From: Bacteroidales bacterium
GTDB lineage: Bacteria > Bacteroidota > Bacteroidia > Bacteroidales > FEN-979
NCBI GenBank assembly: GCA_038212325.1
Contig: JBBQUQ010000006.1
Span: forward strand, 1 to 60,695
Direction: 5' to 3'
DNA: 60,695 nt
Positions 19,881-29,532 of this stretch are shown here, one piece after another; the stretch's first letter is position 1, and each line of letters begins with the position of its first letter. Under the pieces are notes generated by a model. The model was not told the origin of the DNA and searched no databases. It saw only the letters and a list, made by a program, of their open reading frames with translations. Both the position numbers and the translations under genes were made by a program.

Positions 19881-20819
19881 CCCTAATCCTGTTTTTTGCA
19901 TAGTCGCTATAGGAGACCTGTTGCAGCGTGTTAACACTTGCTTCGGTGCCCGGGATTACGTTCTTTAGAAACTCGCGGTAGTATGGCAGGGCCTCATATG
20001 GTTTCCTTAGATGATAATCGAGCTGGTAAGCAATCTTAAAACGCAGACTGTTGTTTTCCGGGTTCGCTTCCATTGCCTTCTGAAGCAGGACAATAGCCGT
20101 ATCGGGATGCCCGTTTGAGGTGTTTGCATCGGCAAGTTCGGCATAGAGCGTCGAAAGGAATTGGCCAGATGGCATGAGCAGACGCAGGGTCCGGTTCAGG
20201 TAAGTTAGTCCCGTATCAACTGCCAGAGCGACCGGAATGCCGAAACGCCATAGTAAAAACAAACCTCAGCATCGGTGGTGTCAGCAATAAAGGCTTGACG
20301 GAAATAAAGAGCAGCCGTGTCGTATTTTTCCTGTTTATAGTACGACAATCCCAGGTATTTCATGGTAAATTTCGATGAATCACCCAAGCGGGCGCATTTG
20401 TGGAGTTGCTTTGCCGACGTTTTGAAATCAATCAACAGGTAAATCTCTCCCCGGGAATCAGGCTGCATATTGACCGATAGGCCGCAATGGCCCTGGCCGG
20501 ATCACCTGATTGACGGTAAACATTGGCCAGTTCATTCAGCACGATGATGTTGGTGCTATCGATTTGCCGGGCTTTCTGAAGGGAGTTGATCGCATCCCGG
20601 TACAGAAATTCTGCTGACCGGGCGCGTCCCAACAACAGGAGTAAGTCAGTTCTGGTACTGTCCGGTAAAAGGTAATGTTCAGCCAGGCTGGCTGCCTGGC
20701 TGAACTTGCACGATTCCATCAGAGACTTGATTTGATCGGCTGGTTGCTTCTCCTGTGCCGCAGAAAAACCGGGAATAAGAAGGATCAGGAAGACCAGGAT
20801 TTTCCAGAAGTCTGCCCAT
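19855..20819 (-). pseudogene. Secreted tetratricopeptide-repeat protein, multiply frameshifted
   Basis: TPR-like pieces in three frames (20432-20719, 20205-20468, 19855-20262). The signal peptide KILVFLILLIPGFSAAQEK is out of frame with the ATG at 20819. Confidence 0.75.
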
Positions 20820-20824
20820 GAATG

Positions 20825-22162
20825 TTACTTTTTGGGCTCCTCTTTTTTCTCGCCATCCAGGGCAAACCTGATGGGAAGATTATATTGGACATCTACCGGT
20901 TTTCCACTTTGAGTACCCGGATTCCATTTGGGCATAAGTTTTATCACACGCACTGCTTCCTCGTCGCATTCGCTGCCAATGCCCCGGAGCACCTTCACAT
21001 CTGTGACCGAGCCGTTGGCCCTGACAATGAACGTTACAAACACTTTCCCCTGAACTCCCTTTTTCAATGCTGCCTCGGGGTAATTGATGTTCTCGACCAT
21101 AAATTTGATGCGGGCATCATCTCCTCCGACATATGAAGGCATTTTCTCCACAACGGTGTAAACCCCCTTGTCATTTTTAACTTGTCCTGATTTACCCTGC
21201 TGCTCCTTCGTTGCTTGTTCCTGGGGTACCGGGGCAGATAGTAACATACCCGGATTATACACTTTACTGTCGCCGGCATTCATGGTCCCTGCGCTGCTGT
21301 TTGAACGGACTGTAAACATGAACAGCAATCCCAGGAGTGCGGGCAGGGCAAGTAGCACTTTGCTTTTCGCCCAAAAGTTCGATTTCGATTTTGTCATCAT
21401 GGCAATGCGTTTTTTAAGTAGTGAAACATTGAAATTGTTGGTCAGGTCATTCACCCGGATGCCCATGGTTTCATCGAGGATCATTTGCTGATATGATGAA
21501 CGGCTGATCCCGTTCTGCAGAACGCCTTCATCAGCCAGGAATTCATGGATGCTTTTCATTTCGCGGCCGGCCAACCACATGATGGGGTTGAACCATTGGA
21601 GGATAGTGGCCAATTTGATCAGGATCATATCCAGGCTGTGAAGCTGCCTGATATGAACCTGTTCATGTTCGAGGATGGCACGCAGGCTGCCGGGAGGAAC
21701 CGAGGCTTCATTGATAAAAACCAGGTGGAAAAAAGAAAAGGGAGGGTAGCTCCGGTCAACAAAAACCACACGTCGGCCCTGGTAGTTTCTGATTCCAAAG
21801 CGCCGGGTGATGCGGTTAAGCTGGATCAGTTGCAGGCCAAAGCGGAGCAGAAAAATGAAGATACCGGTTACATAAACCACTCCGACTATCGTAAACCACT
21901 GAAGATGAGCCTCGAATGCCTTCCCGATCTTTTCCGGCGTAATCATCACCGGTTCAAGCAAAATCATCATGGATGCCGATGGGGTGGAGGGCGCCCACCC
22001 GATTGGCAGCAACGGTGCCACAACAGAAAAGATGACAGCCGAAAGCAAGTAGAACCTGTTTACATTGAAAAACGTATCCCTCCGCAGGAACAACCAATAA
22101 ATGGAATATAGCACTGCAACACAGAGTGCCGACTCCAGCAGGTATGTCAACAAAGCGTTCAT
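20825..22162 (-). CDS. M56 (BlaR1/MecR1-like) peptidase fused to a TonB C-terminal domain
   Basis: HEQVH zinc motif, WFNP, HEFLADE; C-terminal YPEAALKKGVQGKVFVTFIV...WNPG. Confidence 0.92.
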   Translation of the reverse strand: MNALLTYLLESALCVAVLYSIYWLFLRRDTFFNVNRFYLLSAVIFSVVAPLLPIGWAPSTPSASMMILLEPVMITPEKIGKAFEAHLQWFTIVGVVYVTGIFIFLLRFGLQLIQLNRITRRFGIRNYQGRRVVFVDRSYPPFSFFHLVFINEASVPPGSLRAILEHEQVHIRQLHSLDMILIKLATILQWFNPIMWLAGREMKSIHEFLADEGVLQNGISRSSYQQMILDETMGIRVNDLTNNFNVSLLKKRIAMMTKSKSNFWAKSKVLLALPALLGLLFMFTVRSNSSAGTMNAGDSKVYNPGMLLSAPVPQEQATKEQQGKSGQVKNDKGVYTVVEKMPSYVGGDDARIKFMVENINYPEAALKKGVQGKVFVTFIVRANGSVTDVKVLRGIGSECDEEAVRVIKLMPKWNPGTQSGKPVDVQYNLPIRFALDGEKKEEPKK

Positions 22163-22572
22163 GTAAGGCCCTCCTTTTGTTTCCTGATCTCCTCGCTGAT
22201 CGTATTCCGGATGTCCTCAAGCTCTTTCACGCTGAGTTCGCCTTCATTGGCAAAAAAAGAGGCAAGCGATTTATAGGAGTTCCCAAAGTAGTTGTTCATA
22301 AAGCCCGTAAACGAAGATTTGGTATAGTCTTTCTTGCTGATCAACGGGAAATACTCATGGGTACGGCCATAAGCCTTGTGGCCCACAAAACCTTTCTGTT
22401 CGAGGATCCGGATGATGGTTGAAACTGTATTGTAGGCTGGTTTCGGATCAGAAAATTTCTCCAGCAGGTCGTGAACTACTCCTCGTTCGATTTTCCAGAG
22501 GATCTGCATCACCTCCTCCTCGGCACGGGTGAGTGGAGGGGTGATTTTGGAGGGGTTGGTTTTTGTTGACAT
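22159..22572 (-). CDS. BlaI/MecI/CopY family transcriptional repressor
   Basis: LTRAEEEVMQILW, PAYNTVSTIIRILEQKGFV; translationally coupled to the M56 gene. Confidence 0.93.
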   Translation of the reverse strand: MSTKTNPSKITPPLTRAEEEVMQILWKIERGVVHDLLEKFSDPKPAYNTVSTIIRILEQKGFVGHKAYGRTHEYFPLISKKDYTKSSFTGFMNNYFGNSYKSLASFFANEGELSVKELEDIRNTISEEIRKQKEGLT

Positions 22573-22579
22573 AAATTAG

Positions 22580-22746
22580 ATGGTGAAATGGTGAAATGGT
22601 GAAATGGTGAAACAATGGAAATACAAAGATACAACTAAGAATTTAGTTTGTCAACTAAAATCTTAATTTTATCCCGAAAATATTGAGAATTTCACCGAAC
22701 ATAGCGCTCATTTCGCCATTTCACCATTTCACCATTTCACCATTTC
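22580..22746. repeat. Inverted pair of 8-bp tandem arrays, (ATGGTGAA)n and (TTCACCAT)n, flanking the blaI promoter
   Basis: ~4 units at 22580-22611 and ~4 reverse-complement units at 22711-22746. Confidence 0.85.
22624..22668 (-). promoter_or_regulatory. blaI promoter -7 box with two tandem palindromic operators
   Basis: Minus-strand TATCTTTG (22624-22631) abuts AACTAA-gaat-TTAGTT (22633-22648) and AACTAA-aatc-TTAATT (22653-22668), 20 bp apart. Confidence 0.65.
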
Positions 22747-22749
22747 TGC

Positions 22750-23841
22750 CTATTCATTCACATGCGGACAATCGAACGGAACTCCGATCTTTTCACCTTC
22801 CATCACCAGGTCGTCGACGATGGGCTTCATCAGTGGCACGCCATGAATTTCATTGAACTCGGCATACTGGAACTCCTTTTCGCCGGCTACAAGGATTTCG
22901 TCGCGACCCACGGCAAGCGGCGATTGCTTGAGCAAGGCGATCATGTCGTCCATCTGTTTAGTGAAGTCGATGATGGGACGGAACGCTTCGATGTTGATGG
23001 CCATGAAAAAATGGGATACACCGGTCGGATCGGGTTTCCCGGGACCTCCAACCTGGGTCAGGTAGTTTCCTCCAGAGAGCGCCGAACAGAGGATCTCGAC
23101 AAGGAGCGACAGCCCGTACCCCTTATATCCTGCGGTGATCTCCATTCCTCCCAACGGAAGAAGCGCCCCATGTCCGCCTGGTTTGATCAGGGAGGGGTCG
23201 TTGGTGGGGTGCCCTGTTTCGTCGATGCCCCATCCGATCGGAATGTGTTCATGCTTCTTTTCATATACTTGGATCTTTCCGTAGGCCACCGCACTGGTAG
23301 CCATGTCGAGCAGGAAGGGATAGGCCTTCCCCGACGGGGCTGCCACTGCAATCGGGTTTGTGCCGAGTACGGCTGTGCAGCCATAGGTAGGGGCAACGAG
23401 CGGCTGTGAGTTGGTAAGCGAAATCCCGATCATTCCCTTCCGCATGGCCATCATGGCATAATAGCCGGCAATTCCGTAGTGGTTGCTGTTTCGCACAGTG
23501 ATCGCGGCAAGGCCTGCCGTTTTTGCCTTTTCGATCGTGAGCTTCATCGCCTTGTGCGATACCACCTGGCCACAGCCGTTGCCCCCGTCGATGAGCGCCG
23601 TGGTCGGGGTTTCATGGATGATTTCAAAAGGGGTCTTCGGGTTGATCCACCCTTTGCCGATCCGCTGGCCATAATAGGAACCCAGACGGTGCAATCCATG
23701 CGATTCAACGCCGCGGATATCGGCGCATATCAGCACATTGCCAACAATCTTTGCATCCTCGGCCGGCACGCCGAGTTTGGTCATGTATCTTATGACGAAG
23801 TCGAGAAGATCTTCCCGTTTGAATCGGAGTATGGTTTCCAT
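22750..23841 (-). CDS. Ldh_2 family (type 2 malate/L-lactate dehydrogenase-like) oxidoreductase
   Basis: ADIRGVESHG, RNSNHYGIAGYY, GTNPIAVAAP, LDMATS, GYKGYGL. Confidence 0.9.
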   Translation of the reverse strand: METILRFKREDLLDFVIRYMTKLGVPAEDAKIVGNVLICADIRGVESHGLHRLGSYYGQRIGKGWINPKTPFEIIHETPTTALIDGGNGCGQVVSHKAMKLTIEKAKTAGLAAITVRNSNHYGIAGYYAMMAMRKGMIGISLTNSQPLVAPTYGCTAVLGTNPIAVAAPSGKAYPFLLDMATSAVAYGKIQVYEKKHEHIPIGWGIDETGHPTNDPSLIKPGGHGALLPLGGMEITAGYKGYGLSLLVEILCSALSGGNYLTQVGGPGKPDPTGVSHFFMAINIEAFRPIIDFTKQMDDMIALLKQSPLAVGRDEILVAGEKEFQYAEFNEIHGVPLMKPIVDDLVMEGEKIGVPFDCPHVNE

Positions 23842-23844
23842 GTT

Positions 23845-23879
23845 ATTTTGAATTTTGAACCTTGAATTTTGAATTTTAG
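23845..23879. repeat. Heptamer tandem repeat (ATTTTGA)x5, degenerate
   Basis: Fills almost the whole lhgO-ldh gap. Confidence 0.85.
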
Positions 23880-23885
23880 CCTGAT

Positions 23886-25091
23886 TCAGGCCTTCTCGAT
23901 GTAATTATCGACAACCCATTTCGCGAATGGAAAACTGCAGGTGAAAGCGGGTGATACCGCATTGAGCACATGGATGGTGGTATTGTCGCCTTCCACCACA
24001 AAATCCATCACCAGCTCAAGGGTTTTGGTGTTGAGCAACTGGGCGCGAATCCCTGGCTTGCTCCATTCGGTAAATCCCGACTTGTCAATATGGTGCACCA
24101 TGCTTGTGGCAAGGTTGACGAAGTAGGACTTGTTATACTTTTTCATCTCATCGTAGGCCAGTCCGCGGAAACCAAATGCATTTGACAGGAACAGCCTGGC
24201 TTCCCAACTTAGTACGTTGCCCAGTTCACCGGCTTTGAAATTGTCCATCCCCTTGTAATTTTCCCGCCAGAAGGCCGGGATGGAGGTGGGCCCGATCTTG
24301 ATGGTGCCGTCGACCGTGATGGTGTAATGCACTCCCAGGAAGGGATTTTTCAGGTTGGGAACGGGATAGATGTTTGTCTTGATCGGCTTGTCCTTTTTGG
24401 TGTACTTCAGGTAGATCCCTTTGAATGGGATGATCGTATACTGCTGGGAGAAGCCGAAATCACGGGCTATTTTATCCGCATAAAGCCCGGCGGTATTGAT
24501 TACCTTTTTCGCCGAGAGCATTCTCCCTGTCGTGGTTTCGATGGTATTCCCGTCAACCTTGCGCTTGTACCCTTCGCTGAACAGGATCTTCACGCCATGG
24601 CCAAGCAACTCATCGCGAACGGCCTTGTTGAGCTCCGTAGGGTCGACGGTTGCCGTACTGGGCGAATAGAGGGCAAACTTGTGGGTTTTGGCATTGGGGT
24701 CGATCTCTTTCATTTCGGCTTCCGTGATGATTTTCACATCAACGCCATTGCGTTTTCCCCGGCGATCGAGCTCGTAAAGGGGCTCCAGCTCCGATTCATC
24801 CTTTGCAACCACCACTTTCTGACACTCGTTCAGTTTCAGCCCCTTCTGCCGGCAGAACTCCTTCATGGCGAAGTTGCCGTCGCGCGTAAACTTAGCCTTC
24901 AGCGAATCGGCGGAATAGTAAAAGCCGGCGTGCAGCACTCCGCTGTTGCGGCCGCTGGAATGGTACGCTACGTCGGGCTCCTTTTCAATGATGGTGATGG
25001 AAGCTCCGGGCTTGCGGGATTGTAATTCGCGGGCAATGGCCAGGCCGATGATGCCTGCGCCTATGATTAGATAGTCGGATTGTTCGGTCAT
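23886..25091 (-). CDS. lhgO: L-2-hydroxyglutarate oxidase (FAD-dependent)
   Basis: IGAGIIG, HSSGRNSGVLHAGFYY...SLKAK, IYPVP...PFLGVH, GIRAQ, LNAVSPAFTCS. Confidence 0.85.
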   Translation of the reverse strand: MTEQSDYLIIGAGIIGLAIARELQSRKPGASITIIEKEPDVAYHSSGRNSGVLHAGFYYSADSLKAKFTRDGNFAMKEFCRQKGLKLNECQKVVVAKDESELEPLYELDRRGKRNGVDVKIITEAEMKEIDPNAKTHKFALYSPSTATVDPTELNKAVRDELLGHGVKILFSEGYKRKVDGNTIETTTGRMLSAKKVINTAGLYADKIARDFGFSQQYTIIPFKGIYLKYTKKDKPIKTNIYPVPNLKNPFLGVHYTITVDGTIKIGPTSIPAFWRENYKGMDNFKAGELGNVLSWEARLFLSNAFGFRGLAYDEMKKYNKSYFVNLATSMVHHIDKSGFTEWSKPGIRAQLLNTKTLELVMDFVVEGDNTTIHVLNAVSPAFTCSFPFAKWVVDNYIEKA

Positions 25092-25149
25092 AAGTTCAAC
25101 ATTATCGTTATATGGGTTTAGTGGTACTGCTCATCCAGCATATGTTTTT

Positions 25150-25518
25150 TCATCGCGGTGGTATCCTTATATCATCAACCAGGTAAACGGTTTCACCCTT
25201 CCAGGGCAGCACTCCGTTTTTCTCCTTGTAATGCAACACGACCATGGTCCCTTCCAGTTTCATCAGTTTTTCAGCAAGCTCCTTGTCGGCCACAGAAAAA
25301 TGGAACTTCTCTGAAGCAATGGAAACATCCTGGCTGCTCTTGATGCTGCTCATGATCAGTTCGCCTTCATAGGTTTTAAAAATGGCCCCTTTATATGAAA
25401 ACTTTTGCAACAATCCCGATCGGTTTCCTTCGCTGTATGTGAAGATGTACTTCCAGAAAATAAAAACGGCCAGTACAACCAGCAAGACAGCCAGGCTCCA
25501 GTATAAAAATTTTTTCAT
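25150..25518 (-). CDS. Conserved Bacteroidota hypothetical membrane-anchored protein
   Basis: N-terminal TM, YSEGNRSGLLQKFSYKG..FKTYEGEL, FHFSV, LHYKE...LPWKGET. No Rossmann fold. Start placed at MKKFLY. Confidence 0.75.
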   Translation of the reverse strand: MKKFLYWSLAVLLVVLAVFIFWKYIFTYSEGNRSGLLQKFSYKGAIFKTYEGELIMSSIKSSQDVSIASEKFHFSVADKELAEKLMKLEGTMVVLHYKEKNGVLPWKGETVYLVDDIRIPPR

Positions 25519-25688
25519 CTTGTATGGTCTGAAATTCACTACAAACATAAGCGATCTTTCGCAAATATCAAATTTCCGAATATCGCTAAATCATTCAAAT
25601 AGAATTTATGCATTTCAATTGATTATTATCTGTGCAAATCATGCATTGGTAATGCAATTATATTATCTTTGTGGTTTAATATTACAAC

Positions 25689-26939
25689 ATGATACATGAT
25701 GCACTATTGGAAGAGGTAGTGTTGGATCAAGCACAAAAAGCCAGTGAAAAGCCACGCGGCATCAAAAGGGAGGTGGATTATCAAAAACTAATTTCCCATA
25801 CACAAATCGTTGTAATAGCAGGAATGCGCCGTACAGGCAAATCAACGCTGATGCTGCAACTCAGTGACTTCTTTCCCGATTATTATTATATTAATTTCGA
25901 TGACGAACGGTTACTTGGCTTTGAAACCGGAGATTTTAACAACCTGCTGATTCTTTTTAAAAAGCGTTGTATTTCCAACACGATATTCATGGATGAAGTG
26001 CAGAATGTGCCAGGGTGGGAGAGATTCGTGCGCAGGATTTATGACGAAGGTTACAAGGTATTTATTGCCGGCAGCAATGCCAAATTGCTCAGCTCCGAAC
26101 TGGCAACTCATCTCACGGGAAGATATCACAGAATCGAACTATTTCCGTTTTCCTATTCAGAGTTGGTCGTTTTGCAACAAATCGATCATTCAAAAATTAC
26201 CTCGGCCCAAAAAGCCTCGCTGCTTGCTCTTTTTGACAGGTATCTCCATAAAGGCGGTATGCCAGAATATTATAAACTTAAGGATGATGACTATTTCAGT
26301 CAAATATATTCGGATATAATCTATAAAGACCTTATTGTCAGGTTTGCTGTGAAAAACGTTCATGCTTTTAAAAACCTGTCACAGTTTCTGCTGTCAAACG
26401 TTACCAAGGAAATTAGTTATTCGGGACTTACCAGGCTGCTTAATATCAATAGTGTCAACACCGTTAAGGATTATATTGACCATCTCCAGGAATGTTACCT
26501 GTTGTTTGAATGTCATAAATTCGATTTTTCTCTGAAAAGGCAATATGTTTCCAATAAAAAAATCTATGTGATTGATAATGGTATTCGCAACCATGTATCG
26601 TTCAGGTTCAATACCGATAACGGGCAATTACTTGAGAACATCGTATTTGTGCAACTCAGGCGTTTATATAAAAACGTGACCTTTTATAAGACCCGAAGCG
26701 GTTTTGAGGTAGATTTCTATTGCAACAATATGCTTATACAGGTGTGTTGGACCATCAATGACCAACCAACATTGATTCGTGAAAAGCGCGCAATTACTGA
26801 AGCAATGCAGGAAACCGGTCTTTCCGCCGGTTATATACTCACCTATAACGAAGAAACCTCTTTTGAAGATACAGGCAGTGTAATTCATGTGATCCCTGTG
26901 TGGAAATGGATGCTCGAAGCAAAAATCCAAAGTTTATGA
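25689..26939 (+). CDS. AAA_14 ATPase with DUF4143 C-terminal domain
   Basis: Walker A GMRRTGKS, Walker B FMDEVQ, GGMPE, KKIYVIDNG, LENIV, EVDF. TATCTTTG box at 25664-25671. Lower GC than neighbours. Confidence 0.9.
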   Translation: MIHDALLEEVVLDQAQKASEKPRGIKREVDYQKLISHTQIVVIAGMRRTGKSTLMLQLSDFFPDYYYINFDDERLLGFETGDFNNLLILFKKRCISNTIFMDEVQNVPGWERFVRRIYDEGYKVFIAGSNAKLLSSELATHLTGRYHRIELFPFSYSELVVLQQIDHSKITSAQKASLLALFDRYLHKGGMPEYYKLKDDDYFSQIYSDIIYKDLIVRFAVKNVHAFKNLSQFLLSNVTKEISYSGLTRLLNINSVNTVKDYIDHLQECYLLFECHKFDFSLKRQYVSNKKIYVIDNGIRNHVSFRFNTDNGQLLENIVFVQLRRLYKNVTFYKTRSGFEVDFYCNNMLIQVCWTINDQPTLIREKRAITEAMQETGLSAGYILTYNEETSFEDTGSVIHVIPVWKWMLEAKIQSL

Positions 26940-27073
26940 AACTCCGGGAAAAATCAACAATGAAAACAATGAATTCAAATCCCCGCATCCTGCTCACCGG
27001 CGGCTCGGGGTTCCTTGGCAAGGCTTCTTGCCCCCGGGTCGCCGGTTACCTGCAGGTAACGGCTGAAAATTAA
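26936..27073 (+). pseudogene. N-terminal remnant of an NAD-dependent epimerase/dehydratase
   Basis: Manual translation ...NPRILLTGGSGFLGKA... (GxxGxxG) ending after 45 codons; ATGA-coupled to the ATPase. Confidence 0.65.
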
Positions 27074-27136
27074 TCCGAGTAAAATACGCACTGTCATGAG
27101 AATTATTCGCAACTTAGCATTTCAAATGCGCAGAAA

Positions 27137-28771
27137 ATGAGTATAAACTCCACGAACCTGATTGCTGTTTTTGAATCAGCCATTCGCGATAACTGGAAAC
27201 TTACCTCACTGTCCGACTACGGAGGAGAATCTTACACCTATCAAAAGGTCGGCGAGCGGATATTGAAGATCCACGAACTCTTCAAAACCGCCGGGATCCA
27301 AAAAGGTGATCATATTGCCTTATTGGGCAAAAATTCCGCACATTGGGGCATGATCTACCTGGCAACGGTTACCTATGGCGCTGTGATCGTTCCCATCCTT
27401 CCCGATTTCAAACCTGCCGACATCCATTACATTGTCACCCACTCCGATTCACTCATCCTTTTTACCGAAGACGCCATCTTCAGGGAGCTGGACCCGGAGG
27501 CCATGCCCATGATCCGGCACATCCTGAGGATCCAGGATGATCCTGTCCTCTTCACCAGGGATAACACCTTGAATCATGCCGCGTTCGGGGGCGAGGGAAC
27601 AACCATTTCACCGGAACAGATCAGCTTCCCCGCCTCACACCCCAACGACATCGCTGTAATAAGCTATACATCAGGAACTACCGGGTTTTCAAAAGGCGTG
27701 GTGCTTCAGCACAAGAGTCTTCTCGGCAACATAACTTATGCCCACCGGAACATGCCCCTGAATCCGCGTGATAAGATTCTCTCTTTTTTGCCGCTTGCCC
27801 ATACCTATGGGTGCGCTTTTGAATTTCTGTTCCCGTTCACCCTCGGCTGCGATATTACCTTTCTGACCAAAACCCCATCGCCCAAGGTCATCATGCAGGC
27901 TTTCCAGGAGATCCGCCCCGCGCTGATCCTCTCTGTTCCACTGGTCATCGAAAAAATTTACAAATCGCAGATTCTACCCGCCCTCCGTGCACCGGCGGTC
28001 AGGCTCATGATCGGGATACCGGTCATTAACAACCTCATATATAAAAAGATCCGGAAAAAAATGGTGGAGGTGTTCGGCGGCAATTTCCGCGAACTGGTTA
28101 TCGGCGGCGCTCCGTTCAACGCACAGGCCGAACATTTCTTCAAAAAAATGAATTTTCCCTTCACGGTGGGATACGGCATGACTGAATGCGGGCCGCTTAT
28201 CTCTTACGCCTCATGGAAAACCACCCACCCCGGCGCCTCGGGACGGGCGGTCGACGAACTCGAGGTGCGCATCGACTCTCCCGATCCATACCGGCAGTCG
28301 GGGGAGATCCTGATGCGCGGAAGCCATGTGATGCTGGGTTATTATAAGAATGAAGAGGCCACAAAGGCGGTGCTTGACGAGTCGGGATGGCTCCATTCAG
28401 GCGACCTGGGCATCATCGACAGGAAAGGGAACATCTATATCAAGGGCCGAAGCAAAAGCATGATTCTCGGTCCTTCCGGCAAGAACATCTATCCCGAAGA
28501 GATCGAATCCATGCTGAACAACCGGTTCATGGTCATGGAATCGCTGGTGATCGATCGTGAAGGAAGCCTTGTCGCCCTGGTCTGTCCTGATTACGATGCC
28601 ATGGAAAAGGCCGGCCATAAGCAGGAGGAACTGCCCGGGATATTCAAGGGCTATATTCATGACCTGAACCACCACTTGCCAAAATATATCCGTGTTACCG
28701 ATTTTGAAATCGTTCCGGCGGAATTCGAAAAAACACCCAAAAAAAGCATTAAAAGATTCCTTTATAAATAG
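27137..28771 (+). CDS. Long-chain fatty acid-CoA ligase (AMP-binding)
   Basis: YTSGTTGFSKG, GYGMTECGP, LHSGDLG, GKNIYPEEIE. Confidence 0.92.
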   Translation: MSINSTNLIAVFESAIRDNWKLTSLSDYGGESYTYQKVGERILKIHELFKTAGIQKGDHIALLGKNSAHWGMIYLATVTYGAVIVPILPDFKPADIHYIVTHSDSLILFTEDAIFRELDPEAMPMIRHILRIQDDPVLFTRDNTLNHAAFGGEGTTISPEQISFPASHPNDIAVISYTSGTTGFSKGVVLQHKSLLGNITYAHRNMPLNPRDKILSFLPLAHTYGCAFEFLFPFTLGCDITFLTKTPSPKVIMQAFQEIRPALILSVPLVIEKIYKSQILPALRAPAVRLMIGIPVINNLIYKKIRKKMVEVFGGNFRELVIGGAPFNAQAEHFFKKMNFPFTVGYGMTECGPLISYASWKTTHPGASGRAVDELEVRIDSPDPYRQSGEILMRGSHVMLGYYKNEEATKAVLDESGWLHSGDLGIIDRKGNIYIKGRSKSMILGPSGKNIYPEEIESMLNNRFMVMESLVIDREGSLVALVCPDYDAMEKAGHKQEELPGIFKGYIHDLNHHLPKYIRVTDFEIVPAEFEKTPKKSIKRFLYK

Positions 28772-28819
28772 ATACTGCTGATTTACAGGTAATAACACAA
28801 ACGTCAATACGATAAACCC

Positions 28820-29368
28820 ATGGAAAAAAAGCGTTTTAACAACTGGTGGTTTTTGGCTCTGAACGGTTGCATCATAACACTTTTCGGAATCCTGATTCTT
28901 TTCTTCACCCAGGAGGTCATTAAAACGATGCTGACCTATTTGGGCATCGTCATGCTGGCGGGTGGTGCAATCCTGCTGCTGGCGGGAATAAACAACATCA
29001 GGCGCGACAAAGCGGGTGCAATGATCCTGGTTGAATCTATCGTCGTCATGGCCATCGGCATCGCCCTCATTTTCTTCCCCGAGGCTTCCGTGGCCCTGTT
29101 CCTGATCATGATCGGCATCTGGGCCATCATCATCGGGATCATCCAGCTGGTGGTTATCGTGAACATCAGGGGGGAAATTTCCAATAAAAACCTGTTTATG
29201 ATCAACGGGCTGCTAACCATTGGCCTCGGTGCCGCCCTGCTTTTCAACCCCTTCCAGTGGGGACTCATCCTTGTAAAATTAATTGGAGCGATAGCAGCGC
29301 TTTTCGGAATCCTCCTGCTCTATTTTTCGCTTGTTTTACGAAGCAGGAAAAGTGACCCGGCAAATTAA
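28820..29368 (+). CDS. DUF308/HdeD-family membrane protein
   Basis: ~6 TM segments with repeated G-rich hydrophobic motifs; NWW N-terminus. Confidence 0.75.
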   Translation: MEKKRFNNWWFLALNGCIITLFGILILFFTQEVIKTMLTYLGIVMLAGGAILLLAGINNIRRDKAGAMILVESIVVMAIGIALIFFPEASVALFLIMIGIWAIIIGIIQLVVIVNIRGEISNKNLFMINGLLTIGLGAALLFNPFQWGLILVKLIGAIAALFGILLLYFSLVLRSRKSDPAN

Positions 29369-29441
29369 TCGGGAAAAAAGTTGGTTTCAGCATAATATTT
29401 CCTTAATATTGTCAAAAAAATCAGGGTAAAAACAACCCCGG

Positions 29442-29495
29442 TTTTGCCATTTGCATTTTGCATTTTGCATTTTGCCATTTTGCATTTTGCATTTC
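29442..29495. repeat. Heptamer tandem repeat (TTTTGCA)x7, degenerate
   Basis: Directly visible in the leader of the hydrolase gene. Confidence 0.9.
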
Positions 29496-29532
29496 AACAT
29501 TTATTCACGAACCTTTAAACACCATCTTTCAT

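Noticed and set aside
29458-29532. N-terminal extension MHFAFCHFAFC of the hydrolase in the ORF track
   Set aside because: It is a translation of the TTTTGCA repeat from a TTG; the real start is probably the ATG at 29533
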